Source: Styela clava
Lineage: Eukaryota
NCBI RefSeq assembly: GCF_964204865.1
Contig: NC_135258.1
Span: 13,950,001 to 14,014,000 of the forward strand
Reading direction: 5' to 3'
Length of the DNA: 64,000 nt
The translations under genes were made by a program, and so were the position numbers. This document shows positions 54,578-64,000 of this stretch, piece after piece; position 1 is the first letter of the stretch, and every line of letters begins with the position of its first letter. The notes beneath the pieces were generated by a model. The model saw nothing but the letters and a program-made list of their open reading frames with translations, was not told the origin of the DNA and searched no databases.

Positions 54578-57500
54578 ATGAGTTGTCGTGCTTTTGAAGT
54601 ACTACAGTTAGGAAATCGAGTCCGCATATTTCCGCGCAAAATTGTCTTGACTGTGAGTGTGATTGCTGTATTATTTTTGTGCAACATCTTCTATTCAAGA
54701 CATCCCAATATAAAACCAGGTTAAGTTTTAACTTCAATATTTTATAGCTTAAGTCATTTCAGTCGCATTAGTCCATTGAATCTTAAAATGTAGGCTATAG
54801 CACCAAATGGGTGAGCGAACACGTACTACTTCTTTTATCAATACCTTTCCATCTAAAATCTGTACGTTTCAAACCTTACTCTAGGTTTTGTTCGCTTTCC
54901 CGATTCTATAATCAGTTACTTTTGTTTTTATCTATTTTTTTATCGTCTATTGCTGATTATGGAGTCGAAATAAACTTATACTTATAAACTTATATACTTA
55001 TGGCTGAATGGTGAATGCATGTGTCATTGAATGACAAACATGCAGTCACGCATTTCAGCATTCTGGCATTGGCTAAATAGTTTTTCATAAACGATTTAAA
55101 AGCCGATGCAGCAATGTGATTGTCTCTAACAGCAGAACAGTCTATAAATGTTATTAATTGGAGAGTCTCAAATTCTTTCCTGCGTATCTGCTTAATCTTT
55201 TAGGTCTTGATCTAGCAGAGAAATATTATGAGCCTTGAAATGCTGCAATGAATAAAATAAATAGGTCTAACTAGCTATGATAATATTGTCACTGCTGTAC
55301 TGTCAGACTGTAATAGCATAATTACTTTAGTTGAAAAATTTCAATGTGATATTAATTCTCATTTTTTGTTATTTCCTCTAGTGAAAAGTGTTGAAGAACT
55401 CAATGCTGCACGTAAAGAAATATTGGAACTTAGTATAAAGTATGTGAAGGATTTATCAAACAAACTTGTGGAAGTCGAGGATGGACCTGCAGCATATCCA
55501 TATACTGGTTATGGTGAGAATGAAGTTTTATTTAGCTGATTCAAACAATATATATCAATGGGTTGAGACGGCTGTGTGTGAATTTGGTTGACTTTCGTTT
55601 TATATAGGCCCATTTACTTATATAAAAATCTAAGCAAGTGTTTAAATTTGAAGAATTGCTACAAATGAAATGGGTTATTTGCGATAATACCAGGGTTGTA
55701 GAGTCGGGAGTTGAGCATATTATCATTGGAGTGTTGGACCCGGAGTCAAATCTTTAAACTTCTGAGAGTTAAAATTCTGGAATTGTAGGAATTGTAATTG
55801 CAGAGCTTCAATGGTGATAAAATAAATTAAAACGTTATAATAAAATTCGAAAAACATTTAATTTAACTAAGCATTTTCAACAGTCTATGTAAGAAGTCAT
55901 TCTCACATCATTTTTTTTTCATAAAATTTGTCTTAACGTTGGGGTCAGGGTCAAATTTTTTTCAACTCCATAGTATAATACCATGTATAAATTTCGGGTC
56001 TAGCGATGTAGTCTGTCAAAAATTGAATTCTACACCAGGCAGACTTTTTAAAAAAAAAAAAAAATTAAGCAGTTACGCCAGGGTGGTCCAAGGTTGTCGG
56101 CCTTGCAGGCACACTATTGTTTTTGTATTGTTCACGGGCCACAATAGTGCCAGGAATAGTAGAACAGTGCAATACAGAACAAACACTTTTATTGTCCAAA
56201 CACATTGATCATTATTTGGCATTTATCAATCTAAAACATTCAAAAACCACCAAAAAACTCATTAAAATGTGCAAAGATCTTACTATATCTACATTCAGTG
56301 CAAGATTTTAAAGTCATAATGGCGAAAGTTCCATAAGAAGAAAACGCTGTATTAGATTGTCTGTTTGAATCTGTTTAAATCGGTCACCTTTTTCCAAACC
56401 CATCGTGACAAAATACCTTACAAAAAACTGCAGATTGATTGATTTTACCGAATTTTACCAAATTTAAGATACAGGGAGGTAATTTCTAAGTTTTCCAGCA
56501 TATAGTCAGCATTTTGTAATACTGTTTAGGCCGGTTGCAAAGAAAACACCCGACAGGAATTATATTGTTCGACCATTACATTAATATAAGTTATCATGCA
56601 TATCCAACCTGGGCTAATAGATTCATTTCTATGAAGCCTATTTTATTAGCATATATTCCCGACAAAAAAAAATTGAAAGCCAGTTAACAATTTTGCCAAG
56701 CTCATTATTCAACTTCGCTTGTTGCCTCGGCTAGCCATAACACTAGCCAATTCATTGATATTAGTCATGTAACAATATGTCAAAAGATTTTTCTGGTTAT
56801 TTTTATGAGGAAACAATGCCAAATGCGAAATTTTCTTTACCCTCGCCCAAATGCGGTACGGGTCACAGATAATGAAGCGGCGGCCCACATGTTTTGGACC
56901 ACCCTGACCTGAGTTACGCATTCATTTCACTTCACATTTTTGTTTGGCAATATTTAAGCAGTCACAATGTTTATTTTGCTAGACCCTAAATTTCCTTAGA
57001 ACTATTAGAATCCACTGTAAGCAAAGTAACAGTCCCCATTTGTCAAGTTGTTAGTCAAGGCATTGGATATACTGAACACATAGCCTACTTTTGTATTGGT
57101 ATACAATGTAAAAAGATAATGGTTTTAATATAAGTATCAACTTCTGTATAGTATTATATTTTGATCTTCCTGTTGAATAATTCATATCTTACACATTCAA
57201 GTCTCAAGAGCTTAGCAATACATATGGGATTTGTACAACATCTCTTTGTGATATCACGTGTATTACATTATTAATATGTGGTCAGATGGTGAACATTTCA
57301 TTCCTTCTCTGTCTTATGCTGTTAAAAAGTACAGAATTCTTTTCAAAGTTTACTTCAATAGTATTGTTACAAATAACTTACAAACTTCGTTCTTTACGGG
57401 CAATTCCAAGCGACTGTACGAGGCATTTTCACAAATTTTGCATGTTGTTAGATACAACATATTTTTACATTTTGACAGCAAAATGTTTTGTATCATTCTC

Positions 57501-60500
57501 CAATCAGTTGTTTTATTGGGTTTTTTTTAATAAAATTGCGCAATCATATATATAGTAAAATATAGCGTGATAAAGTGCACATTGTACATGACACTTTGGG
57601 CCCTTTTTCCACTGTGGGACAGTGGCCTCTATTATCTCTTAAAATTCTGGTAGTAAATCGTTAAATAGGGGAATACATGTTCTACAGCACTGCAAACACT
57701 TGTGTTTTATTAACTTAAGTCTAGTGCGTCTGTATAAAAAGAAATAACTGTACCTGGCTATCGAACACTTCGTGTTACGATTCATCACAAAACATGTCAC
57801 TCACGGATTCACGGTATATTAAAATTTCTACATTTCAAGTCACTTTGTGTAAATCATCAAAAACCTGGGTGAAATTTTAACTTTTTTGGTGAAAGGATTG
57901 CGGTCCAATAAAATTCAAGTGTGTTACTAATTTACATCATTCTTTCTATGACCAATGCTATACACTGCCATCTTTTTACTTTGAACAGATTTGAAAAAGG
58001 CTCTAGCGGTGTTGATCAATGATCTAAACATGCGTGTCGAACATTTAAGTGATCGTATTCAGGTGCTGGAAAACCATGTTTTTAAAGATAGAGAGGTGAA
58101 AGAAGTTATGAGAAATGGCAGAAAGGATATGGTCGCAGTCAATGCTGTCGGTATGTGAACAATAGATATATATAGATATTATTCATCAAAGCATAGTTAG
58201 CTAATGGCACTTACTAGATTAATTCAAAATTTGAAATTGATCGGGTTGCAGATTCTAGAATACCCAATCTTATACAATCATCTCTCATTTTACAACTTAC
58301 AAGTTATGCTACTTGAAACTGGGATGACTGTACTTTTTAACAAATTTTTGAGTTACTTGCTTAGTTTCTTGTAGCTCAACTGTTTTTTTTCAATGTATTT
58401 GATAAATTTGTTAAATGAGCTTTGAATATTTTTGATATTTATAAATAATATTTAGAAGCATTCGGACGCGAAATAAAATTGAAATAGAATCTGATTACAG
58501 TACTTGGAAACATATATAATAAAATATGGGTAAATTTTTGCCACATCAAAGATCAAACACTTCTGTCCCAGACATGTCCAATATCAAAAATGCTTTTTGA
58601 ATAACTTTACAGTTTCTAAATATGTAAACGTTCTCATGTCGTTTATTTTTTGCATATATTTTCACAATATTCCTTTAGATATACTAAATAATGAGCAAGA
58701 AGATTGTCCATTTCCAAGTTTTGATGATTGGCCGTACTGTGAAAGCAAAATTGTATGGATGAGGGAAATGTGGGAATCGGACAAATGTTATGCAGAATGG
58801 GGTGTAGATGGCTCAGATTGTACAATATTAGTTTACCTAAGTGAACAAGAACGTTGGTGCCCTCCTTTCCCATGGAGAGTCAATAAAACTATGGATGAAG
58901 AAGCACAAGCTGATTTTGAACTGGTGAGTCTCGAAATAACATTTTAGGGGCTTTTTCAATTCAGGAACAAAGATTTATACAAGAACCTTTCATTAAGATT
59001 TCGTTAGGTTTGGTTTGAGTAACACTCTGACATTGACATCTACTTTCTTTTTGAAAGACAAGAATCGATTCGATATGTTCTAGCATACTAGACTTTTTGT
59101 GTGTTATTTTACTTCTCTGAACAAGGTTTTGGGTGTCACAATTGTTATACATAGGGACATTAGGGAGCTAATAAGTAACGGGGAAACACTGAAACAGCTT
59201 TGACATTGAACCCATTGGGGTGACCCCAGAAAACAGAACTCAAGTCATCTAAATCATATTCTACTTTTGTGCCAAGCGTTCTAGATTACTGAAACTTTTA
59301 GATACAATCATGCACAAACAGAAGTTTAAGTGTTAAATTATTTTCGTTTTCGTAGAAGTAATTAAGAAACAAGCACCTTACATGAGATTTTATTTCCTGC
59401 TTTAATACGGGTTTTGAACCAGAGATTAGTATTGTCATCAATGTCATGTCCTAATAAATTATCTTCAATATGTGTATATACCAGATTAAGTTTAGCAGTT
59501 TCGCGTTTCAAACTTAGTTTTCTTCAAAATGACATTTTATTCAAGAATTTACATTATATTGTTAATTATACTTTAACCAACCTAATAGCTTTTTGGCCTG
59601 ATGTTGAGAAAGATTCAGTTTTTGTTATTATCAATTTAAATATTCAAGCTTGGAACAGAGAAAATAACTCACCGGTAATACCAAAAATGTTTCATGACAT
59701 AAACATGTCATCAAAAGATTAGTTAGAATTCCCCTATAGAAATGGAAAGTCATTATTTGCACTGATTGACTCTGGTATCTATAAGCACTCTGTCAAAACA
59801 TGTTAATCTAAATGAGAATATTCTATTATTATTCATTATATTTAAACATTCAACTTAGCTATCATGCTTAGTGAAAGATTAGTCTATCATCCTCACTTAT
59901 AAAACATCTTTTTGACATTTTCCAGGCATGCTATTTGGTCTAGTGAAGGCAGTAAAGCCTGGTTTTGCTCTGTTCTCTTTATTTTCATCTTATAACTTCA
60001 GTTGATTTGTCTTCAATATTTCACAAGGCATGATTATTCAAATTTTCATTTTGGTTAGCCACTTCTGTTTCAGAACTTCATTACTCAAAATTTTATGACG
60101 TTTGGAGGAATTCCAATCTATTGACTGGATATTTTGCTCATTTAATATTCAACTTATATGTATTATTCAATCTGTATTAAATCAACATTGGAAATTGCCT
60201 GTTTGATCTAAAGCCTAGTTTAATATATTGTAACACCTTTAACTGTAAATTAAATAGCCCACTTCATGACAATTTGCATATGCTTACAGGCGGAGATACG
60301 GAGTGATTTTACGAGTTTATTTGCCAAAATGGGAGACAGCTTACATTTTAAATGGATAAAATCAAGAATTTCTAGGATGGCCCCTACTTGGATTGAAGCT
60401 GGTAGAAGTTTACATAAAAAATTTTACAACATGAGACGGAAAAGAAAAAAGGTGGGATTTGAACTACTTATATTTATCTACATAGGAAAAAGAGGTTGAA

Positions 60501-63173
60501 ACTATGTCATTATTAGGCTTCCCGCTGCTTGTCAGCAGGGAACCTATTGTATTCCTGTGTTTTATTATTATTATTTATTTATTTTTATTATTTTTTTTTC
60601 AAATTGGTCCTACAAACTTGAAATTCACCTCAAATGTGCAGAAGTTCTCAGCTAGCGATAAAATGCAAATTTTATGCATGACTGACCGCGCTTTCACGCT
60701 CCAGTGAGCAAAACGCGTCTTCAGTTTTTTTGCGATTTCTCAAAATTGATACATGCTATTGGGTTGAAATTCATAACAATGATTAATGGACATGTTCCGG
60801 ATACGATATGTCAAGGATACACATGAGTGACCTCGAAGATACGCTCCAGTGAGCAATATAGGATTTTACATTTTCATCTTCTTCTCGAGAACGACACTAC
60901 TTAGAGACTTGAAATTTACATCACATGCAGATAATAAGTCCCCCATCATAAATTGCAAATTTTATGCATGACTGACCACGCTTTCACGCTCCAGTGAGCA
61001 AAACGCGTGCGGGAAGCCTGTTAAAGCTGCACGCAGCTCTAGTTATCAATTGAATTTACAAAGCAAAATTATTTAATATAATGAAAGGAAATTGTGTCAT
61101 ACATTTCACATGGTAACAAAGACAAAGCTGCTGACCGGCACCAACAAATTCATTTGCATTAATCTGACAATTATTTTTTGTTCCCTGATAGAAATTTCAT
61201 GCAAATTGCTGCACACGGTATTGAAATCGTGAATATGAAAGTAATAATTTAGTTGCTCAAAGAGTAAATTCCTCCAAACATTTTCAAGCAATATTAATGT
61301 TTGACTGTCACTAAATAACTGTCACTGCTATCACCAATAATCAAACATTACAGTCTATTTGAAGCAATATACAAATATTTCTTGTTATTGCCATATTTGA
61401 CTGTGGGTTCGTACTGCGCCCACAGTTTAAGGTTATTCGCATGATTAAGAACTTGGTAAACAACTTTGCTGGAATGTGTTTACTTTAGTGCTGTTGAATG
61501 TAAGAACCGAAGAAAGTGGATTAGGATACTTGAAATAAAACACTATAATAAGTTAGCCTATTTGACAATCCACTGTAAAACACTGTAATATGTTGAAGTT
61601 TCATATTCATTTTTTATTCATATTTTAAAGTTCATTTTATATCAATTTAGCTTCTGAAATATGGACATTTTGTCCAGAATTCGTGCTGAGGGAAGCTTGT
61701 TAGGTAGTGGTGAATCTGTTAAAATGTTACTAATTCACATGTTAATTTCTATCTCAATTTTTCATTTGTTCTGTTTCAAATTTGACTTCAAAATAATGTT
61801 TTTTATATCTAATATAGGTTTTATTTCACATGGGACTCTTATCTGAAGACATAGGCTGGGACATTGCAAAGAATGCTTTCAGTGGTGGACCACTTGGTGA
61901 ACTTGTTCAATGGAGTGACTTAATCTCAGCTGTATATATTTTAGGACATGATATAACATTATCCAAGTCCGTGTCTGACCTAAAAGAGTATGTTGTGGTT
62001 ATTTATTTAAGGTTTGAAGTCTGATATCATGAAGATGTTAAGTTTTCTCAATTTCATATTCTTGGTCGTTATTGCGTTCTTAATTCTATAGGAATTGTAG
62101 GGAAACCTAACTCAATATTACAGATTTCAAAACTACAATGGCCATATGTTTGTATTGAACTACAGCCTATTAGATCATATGTATGCAATTCATATGGCAA
62201 TATTCTGGCTTGTATTAACATTTGTTTATTCTTTGGGTACATAACATCGGTGTTATGTGCAGGAGAAAATTTTGAATTTCTGCAATCTGGTTAGTATCAG
62301 GTTTCAACCTTTTGTTCATGGTCTTTTTCAAAATTAAATGTGAGCATAGATAATTATAGATGTCTGGATACTGTATATGAATTATATTATATTTCAAATC
62401 TTCAACTTTGATTTGGAAAGAAAATACATCATGTTTCAAGTATGCTATTACATACTACATCACTATGAACATATACTGGGTTATAATATTGGCGATACAA
62501 TTAGCATTCTGTTGCCTTTGTAATGGTATCGATATTGGCTATTATACAATAGAGTTTCCTATTGCGCTGTAGGGTTCTAAGGATTTAGTTTCAGTTTCAT
62601 TTTTAAAATTGCTTGTGTGTCAAATTATTGTGTAATAATTGAAGGCAATTTTGACTCAATACAGAATGTAAATTAAAACTTGAAAGTGGATTTTATTTAT
62701 GTCTGCTGTGTCAAATTGGATAATATTGAAGCTTTCTCAATATGAATAGTACTCGTCGCCGTGATAGAGTGGTTCATGTAAGCGCTTGTGTCAGTTACGG
62801 CTTCCTCCACCATTATGACCATTATGTCCATACATCTGAAATAAATAACTGGGTAACTATTCCCTTACCCAACATGGACTAGTAACCGGTCTGGAGGCTG
62901 TGGTTTGCCATAATATCGGTATCCCTCTCCCCCGGGATAAATGTGAAATTCCTATTCCTGTATTTGCAACGCCTTTAGTTTATACTTATCATTAATATGT
63001 TAGCTTCATCGTAATTACCACCTCCCTTTTTTTATCAGAATATATGATCCTTATTTGAATTCAGCCAGTAGCAATTGTCCATTGAAGAAAACTCCATTTG
63101 ATATATTGTACAGTGATATAGCTGGATTGAGAATGTTAAAGAAAGTTGCAACAAAGAAATTTCATTTGTTACA
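54578..63173 (+). CDS. MGAT5: Alpha-1,6-mannosylglycoprotein 6-beta-N-acetylglucosaminyltransferase (GnT-V, GT18), 5' part; gene continues past the window
   Basis: Exons: 54578-54719 (type II signal anchor IVLTVSVIAVLFLCNIFY), 55382-55513 (EILELSIKYVKDL..DGP), 57989-58150 (DLKKALAVL), 58679-58923 (C..WPYCESKIVWMREMWESDKCYAEWGVDGSDCTILVYLSEQERWCP), 60290-60451, 61818-61987 (AFSGGPLGELVQWSDLI, catalytic-Glu motif), 63039-63173. MGAT5 vs MGAT5B not resolved. Confidence 0.92.
56079..56911. mobile_element. hAT non-autonomous element (MGAT5 intron)
   Basis: TIRs CAGGGTGGTCCAA / TTGGACCACCCTG. TSD AGTTACGC (56071-56078, 56912-56919), with an extra ACCTG at the right end. Confidence 0.8.
60510..61044 (+). 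mobile_element. Helentron-type interspersed element (HINE family B)
   Basis: 5' TTATT-AGGCTTCCCGC (60515-60525); 3' GCGGGAAGCCT (61009-61019), then hairpin AGCTGC-AC-GCAGCT and CTAGTT. (TTA) microsatellite near the 5' end; internal ~58-bp direct repeat at 60661-60718 and 60951-61008. Confidence 0.8.
62751..62960 (+). repeat. SINE-like element (5'-truncated)
   Basis: GC-richer block ending GAGGCTGTGGTTTGCCATA..CCTCTCCCCCGGGATAAAT..TCCTATTCCT, shared with 53826 and 7425-7535. Confidence 0.55.
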
Positions 63174-63401
63174 GTAAGTGACCTTTTTTATTACACAGCT
63201 AACCAGTGACCGGTGGGTATTTGTGGGCCATCTCCATAGTCATTTATGGGCTATTCCAAGTGACAGTAGCTGAAGGACTGTGTTGCTCAAGTTACTTAAT
63301 GTAACACTGTAAATCCATGCCAATAATGTGCATATTGTATGTGACATTACAGGACGTGACACTACAAGACATTTTTCCACTTTGGAACAGCGGCCTCTAT
63401 C

Positions 63402-64000
63402 CAGGGATGGCCATTTCCGAATACTAAACTATTCCGAATACATTCTAAAATAATATTTTCGAATCTGGAATTCTGAATACATTCTATTATTATTATTATT
63501 ATATGTACACAAAGTAATTGATAGTTTATAGCTATTAATAAAAAATAATAGCAACTTGTGACACAGTCAGTAGTGTATTAAAATTATTCACTTCGTACAA
63601 ATGACCATATGAAAAGATAGCCAAGGAGTTGTCTGACGCTTTCTATCATTGGTACCATGATATTACGATAATTGTCGAGTCTATTGACAAAAATACTACT
63701 TGTATTCAGATAATTGTGCATATTTTCTGAGAGTAATAAAATTTTTTGGCAATACAGGCAACAACAATCGAAAATCCATTATGCCTTTAAAAATTCTAAT
63801 ATTAAGCCTAGAGTATTCTACTACCTACCAGTATATTTGTATATAAATTTATGTGTAACATATTGTTGTGTTTGGAGTTAGAAATAAATTAGTAGAGAAT
63901 AGATGACCACAACTGCCAGTGCGCAACCTGGATTTTCGAAATCGGAAATTCTCATTGCCGCCTGTAACACCCACCGCGATTCCGCGCTCGTTAAAAGAGC
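63402..64000. mobile_element. hAT (Ac-like) element start
   Basis: CAGGGATGGCCATTTCCGAATA with repeated (CC)GAATA subterminal motifs. Other end not seen in the window. Confidence 0.45.

Overview
AT-rich, intron-rich eukaryotic (animal) genomic DNA. The compact genes and vertebrate-like exon structure suggest an invertebrate chordate such as an ascidian, but that is inference only. Most short ORFs in the supplied track are single exons or noise; I rebuilt genes by hand from GT/AG sites and phase. Left to right: (1) the last exon and 3' flank of a RAB29/RAB32-family gene ending ...KKSCC*; (2) a tandem second copy (period ~9,990 bp) that looks damaged, with TGC>TGA removing the prenylated CC, a broken N-terminus, no recognisable exon 2, and a 5.4-kb stack of nested transposons in intron 1; (3) an unrecognised 4-exon, ~400-aa gene with a basic N-half and an acidic tail; (4) a 16-exon adhesion GPCR (GAIN/GPS+7TM, ADGRD1-like) with a minimal ectodomain; (5) a complete 34-exon ABCC1/MRP1-like transporter on the minus strand (~1,606 aa) with an NBD1 insert and a long basic/Ser linker; (6) the first 7 coding exons of an MGAT5-like GlcNAc transferase. 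Introns and intergenic DNA hold many non-autonomous elements: hAT, Tc1/pogo MITEs, Helentron-type HINEs, GG..CC hairpin MITEs with TTAGGG cores, and SINE-like fragments. I found no prokaryotic features, CRISPR array, rRNA/tRNA or autonomous transposase. I see no clearly novel multi-gene system; the best leads are the Rab paralog pair, the orphan gene and the transposon architecture.
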